Assembly (NCBI GenBank): GCA_051294375.1
Contig: CM119267.1
Coordinates: 26,055,293 to 26,119,292, forward strand
Origin: Paraspadella gotoi
Taxonomy: Eukaryota > Animalia > Chaetognatha
Length of the DNA stretch: 64,000 nucleotides
Direction of reading: 5' to 3'
The position numbers and the translations under genes are program-made. Below, piece by piece: positions 11,394 through 23,300 of the stretch. The notes under the pieces are model-generated. The model did no database searches and was not told the origin of the DNA. It saw only the letters and a list, made by a program, of their open reading frames with translations. The number at the start of each line of letters is the position of its first letter. The first letter of the stretch is position 1.

Positions 11394-14300
11394 CTCTCGT
11401 TCACGTTTTTGGTTCTATCCGACTCGTATTTGACCTGTCCTTTATAAGTCTATCTGATATTTTACTTTTATTATATTATTACAGTGTATCCCAATGGTAC
11501 TGTCTGTTAACTTTTACATATCGTGCGGAACTATGTTGTTAAATTTCATTTCTGAGATAACAATGACAAAGATAAGTTCTTACCATTTATTACACTATAT
11601 TTCGAATTCAATTTTTAAAAATTTTTATGTGCAAAACATTCAATTGAAATGAGGCTTTATTTCTCACTTTTTTAAATTTTAGATTATTTAAAATAAATAT
11701 TATTAAAAAAATTAGGAAAAAAATATTTTAAATAGATATAAATTACCGTTCAATATAAAAAGTCCCTGAGCTTCGGATCAGGCTGTAACACCATGTTACA
11801 GGCGGGTTAAGCACCCCGTCCCTCTTAAATGCTAGGCGACCACCGGGCTAGAACACCGAACTTTTGGGTTGGGAAGCGAATGACTTGCCTCCGGCACCAA
11901 TGGCCGCTGATGAACGGTTGGTGGATTTTAGTCCACCATAAATCAAAGTGTTTCGATCTGGTATAGGAGCAGTAAGTTTTTCTTAACAGACAGTACCATT
12001 GGGACACACTGTATTATACTAAAACTTTTTCTATTAAACATTCTTGAATGTCGCTTAAAATTATATCGCTAGTAAACTATTACCCGTTTCTTCAATCAGA
12101 TAATTACTTAATTAATTATCTGATCAGCTGCTTACTACTAATAATCGTAGGCAGATCCGGCGTTGTTTGCTCAAACTTGTTTGTTTTTTTTTTTAGACGG
12201 ATCTGCTTACAGCAGATTCCGGCTCTATAATTCACTTTGTCGGTCCGTCGGTTCCACCCCTAAATCTCGTCGGTGAGTCACCTATATCATCTCAGAATAT
12301 CGAATTATGATAAATTATGCATTATGTGTAAATCCTTTGTTTTGCTTTGTTTGTAGATTATAAGACAGTTTAATTATTTGCAACAACAATTTATTATTAA
12401 AAGACATTTTGCCACTGTTGAAGGCTCGAATTCGAGCCGAAACATGTTCGTCTTTTCATAATAAATTGTTGTTGCAAATAATTAAACTGTCTTATGATAA
12501 ATTATGCAAAAAAATGATATCCGCCCGTCGTCTGTCTGTCTGTTCGGAGATGTGTGATTGAGCAGGAAATCAAGTTTCGATGGAATCGTCTAAGTGGAAA
12601 TGAGTTAAAATGGAAACAAGTTTGAGTTAACAATGTAGGATCTGCCCACGATCATTATCGGTAATTAATTAATTAATAATTATTTAATTAATAATTAATT
12701 TATTCAAGTTAATTATTTAATTAATTCGGCAATTAATTAATTTGATCCGAAATGTTTGTTTTGATTGATTAATTGACTGATTAATTATTGATTAATTAAT
12801 ACATCTTGCATTTACATTTAAAATATAAAGAAAAAGAAGCATAATCAATAAGGCGTAGTGAAAGTTACAGATCAAAATTCGAATAGTTAATCATGAACAG
12901 TCTTGGACTATAGAACATTGATATATAAAAAAAATTGTTTTTAAATTTTTCAATTTTCGCATACGCACAGAGTACTTACCATAGAAAATGTTACAATTTT
13001 AAAATAATGTCTCACCAACGTTTCTGTTTGGTCCTTTTTCCCTCACTCATGTCGAATTCTTAGTTATTATTTGACCGACTTTATTTGACCTTACGCGTCC
13101 AGTGAATATCTTATGGTCTGTCTGTCTCCCCAAAATTTGGGAGAGACTTCTAAGCAACCTTTAGTTTGTTTTTTGACTTTCTGTAAACGGTTAGTCCCGT
13201 CCTCAACTTGAGTTTTACGGGTATTTTATGTGACAATAAAGTGTTTGTAAACAATTTCTTCGTTTTTTACCCTCGTCAAACTTGCAAGGGACGGGAGACG
13301 CCTTGGACGCCAGATTTTGTTAGCGTGAAATCAAAGGAAATTTCACACTTGGTTTTGAAAGCAGATTCGAATTCCTCATAAAAAGTTGATAAAAGAAAAT
13401 ATAAGTCTTAATCAAAAATTATTTCATTAAGTCAAAAATTTAAAAAATTATATTTTTTATTAGTTTATAAGTTAATAATAATAGTTTTTTAGGATTTTGA
13501 TCCACTTAATGACTTAATTTTCTAAAAAGATTTAATATTTCCTTATATCAACTTTTCGTGAGGAATTCGAATCTGCTTTTAAAAAAAACATTTTAAATTT
13601 TTAACATTTTCTATGGCGAGTACTATGTATAAATGTGGGCGTATGCAAAAATTGAGAAATAAAAATTACTTTTTTTTATTTAAAAATGTTTACAGGTACA
13701 AGCCTGTTCGTGATCTACTTTTCGAATTTTGATTCTACTTGATTTAAATATTTTTGCTACGCTTAAATAATCAATTAGTGAAACAGGTTCTTTGTTTTTT
13801 CCTGTTTAATCACACACTTTTTTATCCAAATAAAAAATTTCAAGTCAATCGCTCCATCCACTCATGAGCAATTGGTGTTCAAATAGTGAAATAAATTGTT
13901 TTTGTTTTTTCCATTTAAACTTATTTCCACTCGGACGATTTCATCGTATCCTTCGTATCCAGCTCAATACACTCTTCCCTACCCAGTACCCACACACAAA
14001 ATTTCATTCCAATCCATCTATCCAATCACGAGGTGAGATGGACGGACGGACAGACATCTTTTTTTTTGGGATAATTTATCATAATTCGATGTTCTGACGT
14101 GATATAAGTGAATGCCCAACAAGATTGAAGGGGCGGACCGATGGACCGACAAAGTGAATTATAGAATCGGAATCGAAAAGTTCGCTGTTCAAACCCTGAT
14201 TGCCCTTTTTTTCTTAAATCAGGTCCCTCCGGCGTTCCCATTATACCAAGAGTGAGAGGAAATTCAGAGCTTCCAATGTCTTGATTGACGATGTTGCGAT

Positions 14301-15271
14301 AAAGATTTATAAGATTCCTCCCGTAGCCGGCGGCCATCTGGACCAATGAGGGTTGTAGGCGATAAGCCGAGAAAAGAAGCAAAACGATTATTTTTCTATA
14401 AAATATATAAATTATATATACACTATACATAACAGTTATATATATATAATTAATTATATATTAATTATATAATAATTATAATAACAACGCAGAGAATGGT
14501 TTATCATAATAATTAATTATAATAATTAATTATATATAAGACGAACGTGATGGGAAAAAAGATAAGAAAATAGGGCTTACCTGCACGTCTATAGGATTGA
14601 CGCTGGCGGCGTGAATCTGAATAAGGACATCTCGAGGTGAAGAGATGGAAGGAACGACCTTCTCCCTGGCGAGGACGAGGCCTTCGCTTCCGCTGTATTC
14701 ATGGATTTGCCACGCCTCAAATCGTAGATAGAATAAAGAAAATAAAGTCCAAGGTCGTAATTTGAAAAAAAAAAAAATCATTTATGACCTATTAATTTCT
14801 CCTTTTTTTCAATGTAAAACAATAAAAAACAAAAAAGAATCATTTACCACTTGATGATTTGAAAAAAATAACTACAACTTCACGCTCACACCCTTTAAAA
14901 ATCCACCGGCATTTTCGAATTCAAATTAAAACTGGATTCCTTGTTCGAGGTCTCCTCCGAACCTGCATCGTCTGAGTAGCGTAGAATTCCTGGGCGTGGG
15001 CCATGAACCTGTTTGATTTAAGCGAAGAGAATCCCTCGAGTCTTTGGTCGACGCCGTCAATTTCCGCCGCCGTCGATGAGATCGAGTGACGCGGAAGAGG
15101 AGAGAGAGGAAAGGGAGAGAGGGGGCGAAGGGGCGGTGAAGCGAGGGAAACGATAGGGGAGAGACGAGAATGTCCAGAGGGCGAAAGATGGGGCGAAGTG
15201 GTCAGAGTTCGCGACGAACATCCCCGACATCCACGTTGTAGAAGATTCCGCAAAATCGCTCCAGATCCCAT
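8758..15271 (-). CDS. RTN4IP1: reticulon-4-interacting protein 1-like mitochondrial NADPH:quinone oxidoreductase (MDR family), 8 exons
   Basis: Exons 15271-14963, 14715-14581, 14337-14247, 11026-10774, 10565-10410, 10127-9978, 9129-9003, 8927-8758 splice in frame. Motifs AWQIHEY, HAASVNPID, GYG, FPLTLGRDFSGVV, AAAIPFVA, GSGGIGSFAIQLMKAWG, RGKIVI. Arg/Ser-rich presequence-like N-terminus. Confidence 0.92.
9225..9860 (+). mobile_element. degraded 3' fragment of a CRE-like (restriction-like endonuclease) non-LTR retrotransposon in RTN4IP1 intron 6
   Basis: ORF 9512-9802 contains PADV, FIPLVVTTFGAW and FFERL-CLQREN, resembling the RLE C-terminus of CRE-clade elements; T-rich 3' tail; interrupted by a family B element. 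Confidence 0.6.
9260..9493 (+). mobile_element. solo-LTR-like element, family B, with tRNA(Gly)-like module
   Basis: TATGG...TTCA termini, TSD CCAT (9256-9259 / 9494-9497). tRNA-like segment 9293-9365 has acceptor stem GCGGCCA/TGGCCGC and T-stem CCGGG/CCCGG. Confidence 0.8.
10293..10353 (+). mobile_element. internally deleted 61-bp family B element
   Basis: Both termini retained (TATGGTGGACTA / ...TGTCTCTTCA); TSD CAAC on both sides. Confidence 0.75.
11745..11940 (-). mobile_element. family B element, one end truncated
   Basis: Reverse-complement match to 9260-9460. Confidence 0.75.
12321..12491 (+). mobile_element. Penelope-like hairpin mini-insertion containing a hammerhead motif
   Basis: CTGTTGA-A-GGCTCG(AATT)CGAGCC-GAAACATGTTC between ~45-bp inverted arms; 16-bp direct repeat TTATGATAAATTATGC at 12305-12320 / 12492-12507. 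Confidence 0.7.
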
Positions 15272-15603
15272 CTTTGGTTTTTGGGAGTTGATGCTTTTTT
15301 TCTTCGCAGGAAACCGGGCTCAATCCCGACGAAGATATTTCGACGAGTGGACACGCAAATAATGAGAAAGAATCCAACTTGCCTTTTCCTTTTTCGTCCT
15401 TTGAAATTGAATCGGCGCTCGTCGATTACAGGCGTTTACTGGCCGAACCAAAAATATAAAGAGGCTAGATTTTAAATTATTATTATTATTATAATAGCAA
15501 ACGAGACGGAATGAATTTATTTTAAACAAAATAAGTTTGGATTTCGCAAAGGGATCGAGATCGTTTCCAGTATCTCGCCTTCGCCGTTTTTCTTCCGGTT
15601 TCG

Positions 15604-17209
15604 TCACAATCCCGTCCATATTTCGTTGCCGAAGATCGAGGGATCCGTGAGCGGATACAAAAGAGCCGCCCAAGCGACGGCGCCCACAACGAACGACGCC
15701 AACAATGCCACCTGTGTCCTCCCTCCGTAGACGAAGACATCGCCGAAGTTGGGAAAACCTGAGAAACGAGAGGTTGACATGATTTGCACAATACACGATA
15801 CACGATGCACAATAAAGCGTAGCCAAAACATTTTTAAATAAAAAATCTTTAATTTAACACAATGGCTAATAAAAAATCTTAAAAGCAGAAGGATCGTCGC
15901 AATCGCATAAGAAAAATCTGGATTGACGACAAATTTTGATACTAAAAAAAATAAAATTTGAGAAAAGAAAATTAATTATTATTAATTATTTATCAGTTGA
16001 CCAAATTATGTCAGTAGACCAAATTATGTCAGTTAACCAAATTATGTCAGTTGACCAAATTATGCAAGTTGATTAAATTATGCAAGTTGACCAAGTTAGC
16101 TTATTACCACTTAATTATCGATTGACCTGGAATTTTGTATGAGAGTAGAAAAGTGTATGATTGAACAGGCTTGAGGAGTATTGAAGGCGTGAAGAAATAG
16201 AGGGAAAAATAATGGTATATTTCGCGAAGAGTAGAAACGAGAGAATGTATCGCTAGACAAAATATACTGAGGGGCAGGAGGAGGAAAAAAGAAGAAGAGG
16301 AGGAGAATTGGACGGCAGGCCAAATCCTCCTCTGACAGGAAACCCAAGTCGATGGAATCTTTTGAGTGGAAATGAGTTTAAATGGAAAAAAACAAAAAAC
16401 CTGTTTCACTAATTGATTATGATTCTTTTTCCTTTTATATTAAATGTATATGCAGGATGTATTAATAAATCAAATAATTAATCAGTTAATTAATCAATAA
16501 TTAATTAATCAGTCAATCAATCGATCCATCAGTCCCACCTTAGCAAAAAGCTCTAATAACTCGTGATTGGCTGGTTTGATTGGAATGAAATTTGTTGTGT
16601 GGGTAGGAAATGTGTGTGATAAAGCTGGATATAAAGTTTCGACGGAATCGTGTGAGTGGAAATTAGTTTAAATGGAAAAAAACATAAGTCGCATTTACTA
16701 AAATATTTTTACTTATTTGAACTAATAAGTACTCTAATTAATCATAATTGGATGGATAGATAGAGTTCAAATTTTTTGTGTGGTAGAAAAATGTGTAACG
16801 ATGCTTGATATAAAGTTTTGTTGGAAACATACGAGTGGAAATGAGTTTAAATGAAAAGAATATGAGTCACATTTACTTGAATCTTTTTACTTATTTTAAA
16901 CCCATAATAGATTGCGATGAAATTTTGTGAGCGGGTAGGAAAGTGTGTGAAGAAGCTAGATATAAAGTTTTGACGGAATGTTGCCAGTGGAAATGAGTTT
17001 AAACGGAAAAAACATAAGTCACATTTACTTGAATCTTTATTATTTATGATTACTAATTTATGATTACTAATAAAGGTTTTAATTAATTAATTAATTAAGT
17101 GAAAAAATGATGCAATTTAAAAAAATTATGCAAGTTGAAAAAATGATGCAAGCAGAAAAATGATGCAAGTTAAAAAAATCTTAAAAGCATAAGGATCGTC
17201 GCAATTGCA

Positions 17210-17262
<53 letters not shown>

Positions 17263-17365
17263 AAGAGAGCAGAAAAATGAGCATAAGGATCGTCGCAATT
17301 GCAAAGAGAGAAAAGAGAGAGAGAGAAAGCAGAAAAAATGAGCATAAGGATCGTTGCAATTGCAA

Positions 17366-17397
<32 letters not shown>

Positions 17398-20300
17398 AGA
17401 GAGATAAAAATTAGAGATCCGAGATAAAAATTAGAGAATAAAAAAGTTGTTATTTTACTCACTGAATAAAAATACTTAAAATACTTACAAAATACATAAA
17501 TTAATAAAATTATATTCCGATAACATTGTTTAATCACATGCAATATATCTAGTAAGGCGGGCCAAAATTGAACATTTTTTATAACTTCTAGTTCTCTTTA
17601 AATTTTTTTTTTTCCTTTTACTACTAAATCGATTTTCAATGTAACTTTTTGAATTAGTTCATTGGGTTGTTGCACTGAAGCTTTTAAATATTTATTAATA
17701 TATAATAATTATATAAAGTTTTGACGGAATTGTGCCAGTGGAAATGATTTAGATGAAAAAAACATAAGTCACATTTACTTGAATCTTTAATAATAATGAT
17801 TACTAATAAATGTTTAATTAATTAATTAATTATTTAATGTGAAAAAATGATGCAAGTTAAAAAATTTAAAAATTGTCGCAATTGCATAAAAAGAGAGAGA
17901 GAAAGAGAGAGAGAGAGAAGGAGACATAAAATAAAATAGAGGATATTTGTTTGTTTTGAAAAAATGTAAACAAAACATATTTAATAACTGTCCTAACCCA
18001 ATTTTAAGGACATCGATGATGATAAGTTGAATATAAATTTAAAATTAATTATTACATATTAAAATTTATTAATTAATTAATTAATCGATTAATTAATTAA
18101 TTATCGTAGGCAGATCCGACATTGTTTGCTCAAACTTGTTATGATAATCCATGATTAATTTGGAACTTTTCGCGAATTTACATTGTTTTCAAATGAAATT
18201 TGATTCGAATTTCGATTTTCCTCTTGAATTATTTTATTTCTCCCTTCGATTTCGAATTGGGGAAAAAGGGGAGAAGGAGAACGAGGAGATTGGTGAGAGA
18301 GAGATTGTTGGGGAGAGGGAGAAGGAGAGGAGTTGGGTTGGGGGAGAGGAGGAGGAGAGGGGGTGGGGGAATCCAATTAGAAAGAGGGGAAGGATCGGGT
18401 GAGTTTTTTGTAGCTGGGATTTCAGGGATTCGAGTTCGTACGCCCGGCGGTCGGCCGGGAGGTGGAGGTGAGGGTGGCGGCGATGGAGTTGACGGTCGGC
18501 TGTTGGCGTTGACGTCGTCCGCCTCACACGCTGGTTTTATTCGTAAGATTGAGATTGTTTCTGTTCCCCTTCCGGGGAGTTCGATTTTGAAAGTTAGGTC
18601 GTGACGTGAAATCACGCGAAATGGGCCAAGGTAAGGGGCGGAGAGGGCGTAGACGTGCGTGGCGCGGCGTAACGCTTCCGGAAGTTGGATTTTGGGTTGG
18701 CGATGGGTCGACGTTTTCGTTGGTTGTAATCGGGCGACTTCAAGACGGAGGCTCGCTAACGAACGGCAACGTTGACGGTTTTCCTCGGCGTCACTTCCGG
18801 TCCAGACCGGAAGTAAGTCTCCTGGGATAGCGACGGTTTCGCCGAAAACCAATGTCGGGTTTCAGCATAGTTCTGATCGATAATAAGGAGCAGGGAAGCT
18901 TCAAGAACCAGTCGCCGCGATGATCAGCGCCGAGGGCGATAAGAGATTCTTTTAAGAGGAAAGGTCATTCAGATCAAACACATACAGTTAATCCGTTGAA
19001 TGTAATTAGAGCTAAAACATCGAGAAATACATCGTAATCACCAGTAATCACCAAAAAAAAATTTTATTTATATGTCAACATTGTGTTTTAAATATTTTTT
19101 TTTGAAATCGGTAAATAACAAATTGTTAAGTTAAATGGGTAAGCACATTTTTTAAAGATTTGTTTTTCAATCTGTTTGTTAAAAAATTCTAGGTAAGAAG
19201 TTAAAACACGGTATGCGTGTTAGTTTAGAAGGGGAGAATTAAACAATTAATCTTGTTTACTCTGTTGGTTTCCAGTCATGAAACAAAATCTTCAGTAAAT
19301 AGATGGTAAAGAAATTCGAGCTACAATGAATCTACACTGAATTTGAAGAGTTGCAGCCTAAACGACTGCAATAATATTGAATTAAAAATTTGATAGCAAT
19401 CTTAAAAACATTTGTAAAAATGTAATAGAGAGACATTTTGATATAACGCGTTCCAGTTAGAAAGAATTCAGGGTTAAAGTTTAAAAACGTTTCATTTTCA
19501 AAGATACAAGTTGAAATTTAAAAATGTCTCTCTATTACATTTTTCTATAATTCAGTAATAAAAAATTCATAAAAAAATATCAGATGGATTGCCTTTTCGT
19601 TTGACCTGCAACTCTTCAGATAGGTTTCTTTTATTTTATATTATAATTAAAACCGATATAAAATGGGGTAAATGCAATCAAATGTTTAAAGTGAATACTA
19701 TTTTCGGAATCGCCAGGTGCTCAGCTTTCTGAATTTGTACTCCATTTTGCCTATTCTTGAATTGAATGACCCTTTTTCTTAAACGGTGGTGGAACCTTTC
19801 CACCAGCCCGTTTGATTGTGGGTGATACGCAGATGTTGTCTGGTGTTTTATTCCCAAGGATTGTAGAAGCTGTTGCCACGTTGCCGATCAGAATTGTGAT
19901 CCTCTGTCCGTGGTGATGATTGATGGGACGCCAAATGACAACACCCATCAGTGTACAAAGGCATTGGCTACGGTTTGGGCTGTTATGTCCTTGAGAGGGA
20001 TGGCCGTCGGCCAACGTGTAAATCGGTCAATGATTGTCAGAACATAGTGAAATCCATTAGATGGGGGAAGCGAGACTATGTCGACGTGTAAATGTGAGAA
20101 ACGCCGGTCTGGGGTTTCGAGTTGTCCAATCTCGGGTATGGTGTTTTTTATGACCTTGGCTCTTTGACAATCGTGGCACTCTCTTGCCCATCTTGTCACA
20201 TCTGACCTCATGGATGGCCACACAAATTTTTCAGATACGGTTTGGCGTGTGCATTCGATTCCCAGATGACCCAGATTGTGGATTGCTTGGAAGACTTTTT

Positions 20301-23300
20301 TCCTCCTGCTGTAGGGAACGGTCTTAGTGGGCCGTTGCTCACGTCTTCAAAGATCTCGTGTGAGCCGATGGAAATTTTTTGGAATCGGAGACCTGATTGT
20401 GGCTCCTGAGTGATTTTGCGAAAATCGGCGTCGAGGGGTTGATCTTTGGCAAGTTGTTCGCAGTCGATGCCATGATCTAGGACCGAGTTGACGATGTATT
20501 TGAAGTTTTCTTGTCTCCAGCCACTGGCTTTGACACTGCTGCGATTATGGGCGGAAGTGGTTTTGGAGCTTGGATGTTAGAGAGAGAAGGGAAGAGAGAC
20601 GGTGTGGGGGTTTCTGTCGACGTTGTCGTTACGTTTGGGCGAGATAGGGAATCTGCAACAACATTTGCTTTCCCTGCTAAATATCTTAAGTCTGTGGTAA
20701 ACTCCGCGATTCCTGATAACTGGTAGGTTTGTCTAGCAGTGTGCGGTTCTGTCTTCTTGGATAAACCTGGGATGAGAGATTTGTGGTCAGTGTATAGTGT
20801 AAAGTTTTGACCTTCTATCATTGGCCTAAAGTGTCGTATGGCTCAAAATGCAGCAAACAATTCCCTATCGAAGGGTGGCCATTTTTGTTGATTGCTTTGC
20901 AATTTTGCCGAAAAAAATGCCAATGGTTCCCATCCGAGGAGGCCTCGCTGTTCGAGGATGGCGCCCACTGCTGTATTTGATGCGTCTGACGTTACCGCCA
21001 ATTGAGAACCTGCTCTTGGATGTCTGAGGAGTGCTGCTTGTGCCAGATTTTGCTTTGTGGCTTCAAAGGTTTTCTGACAGTCGTCAGTCCATTTCAGTAT
21101 TTTGAGCTTGATTTTTAGAGCTTCGAACAGGTGGAACATATGCAACTTCTAATTTTTCAGGCAACAAACGTCAGGCCTTTGATTGTATTGGTCTGCCCTC
21201 GGTAGGAATAAAATGTTTTACTCCATGTTTTGGTACTTTGGGCTGAAAAGATGGGGTGCACAAGTCAGGGTATGAGTCTAATAGTTTGTAAAAAGGATCA
21301 TCAGCTTGATCCACGAAATTCACTCTTGGGGGATGTGGGATTGTTGTTGGGCATGCTTTGAGGGTTGTAAAATCAGTGAGGTCGATTAAAAGTCCGTAAG
21401 ATGGTTGGGAGCCAGATAGTAGGGTGTTACACCCAAATTTTAAAAGTTTTCAGATCTTAATTTACATCTAGGAAAATATGTTGGGAGGTAAAAAAATAAG
21501 ATTGTACTACTTTTTGTCAAAATTGGTGCAACAGCCTTAGAGCTACCCTCGCCTAAAGGATAAAAAAGCACACCTTGGGCACATTTTCGTCAATTGACTG
21601 AATCCTAGTGAGCCAATCCACCTCCAAAGGATCTTATTAGTTGCCCCACCTTCTAAAAAAGATGCAATAAAAATTTAAGCTTTCTATCATGACGAAGGCT
21701 CATACTACAGAAGTTACTGTGTGATGGAGTAAAGAAAACAGCAGGCTTTAAACATTTAAACTCAAAATTATATCATCGGATGATGATGATGATGATTTTT
21801 TAAGGTTTTTCTCAATTTTAACCCACTTATCTACGCAAAGTATAATTCTTTTTTCAATATTTTGATGATAACTTTTCATAAGCTATTTGAATCTGCTTTT
21901 AAAAATAAAAAATTCCAAAAAAATTTTTAACATTTACTATTTATAAATAAATATTTAAAAAAATAATTACTAATGCTTCTTGCCATTTTAGAAAATTTTG
22001 CTCCATTGAAAGTTTTTTCAGAAATGTATGAAGTTTCATTTGGAAAGGTTCCCAAATCAAACTCCTGACCCACCCCATTGACGAAGTTTGGCTCTATTGA
22101 AAGGTATCAGTATTTAAGGGAGATCAATGAAAAATTTTCCCAATAATTATCTCGTCCTTGTTCGCATTGCAACAAGGAGATGGAATTTTTTTCTGATTTC
22201 CAAAGCGAACTCGAAAGAATGACCTTAACTCTCGACCATCACGTCCGAAGAGAGGCCCAAACTTATGTTTGCATTTTTGGTCATTATGACGCAATGCAAG
22301 CTAAAAGCTGAAATAGAGTTCCACCGAGGCGAAAAAAAATATTATTGATTTCAGAGCTTTATTCTTAATTATGAACAAAAAAATTCTGCTTTTTTTCAAC
22401 TAAAAAATTCAATTATTTTAATAAATAAAAATGCCCTGTCTTCAAAGTTGTACGTATTTTTGTTCCAAATTAATCATGGATAATCATAAAAATATAGATT
22501 TATGGCTACTACCCTCCAAATCCATGGGTCTTCTTGTAGAAAAGACATCAGAGCAAAAAGTCAGGCTTATATGAAAAAATGATAAAAAAAATTGATTTGA
22601 CCAAGGCTCATTCATAATTATGTTTTTGCATAAAAAATAAAAATNNNNNNNNNNNNNNNNNNNNNNNNNCCCTCTGAATATTTTTTTTATTCCCCGAGTC
22701 TTTACAGAAATTATCCTAAAAAATCTATGCAAAATTGTTACAGGCTATCGAGATACAGTAAAATACAGTGAATAATTTAAAAATCCATTACCCATAAATA
22801 TTATTGGAACTAAACCTTGCCATTGCATAAAAAGTCATTTCGATCAATTTTTGTCAATTTCTGAATTTCTGGCTGGGATTCTGTTTTCACATCTATCTTT
22901 TTTTCATTTTGACAAAGTACTTTTTTTCAATTCTTTTTTTTTTATAAAAAAAAATATTTTTTCTTAATAACCTTTTGAATCATAATAACCACATATAGTT
23001 ATAAGCGTTTTAAACCTGAAAGAAAAATTATATATTATGTATATTTTTTTAAAAGATTATTTCTTTTTACTGCAATATGCAAATGAGATTATTGCATTTT
23101 TAGCTTTTTATAACGGAGTATTTTGAAAAATTTTAAGAAATCTAACGCATGATCTTTAATAGAATAAAAAATATATTTGAAAACTTTTAGGGTAACAAAT
23201 AGATGAATTTAAACTTATGAATATAAAAAAAATAATTCATCAATGAGTATCCATCAATCCATAAAAAGTTAATTATTAGTAAAGCTTTAAAGAAAAAGAA

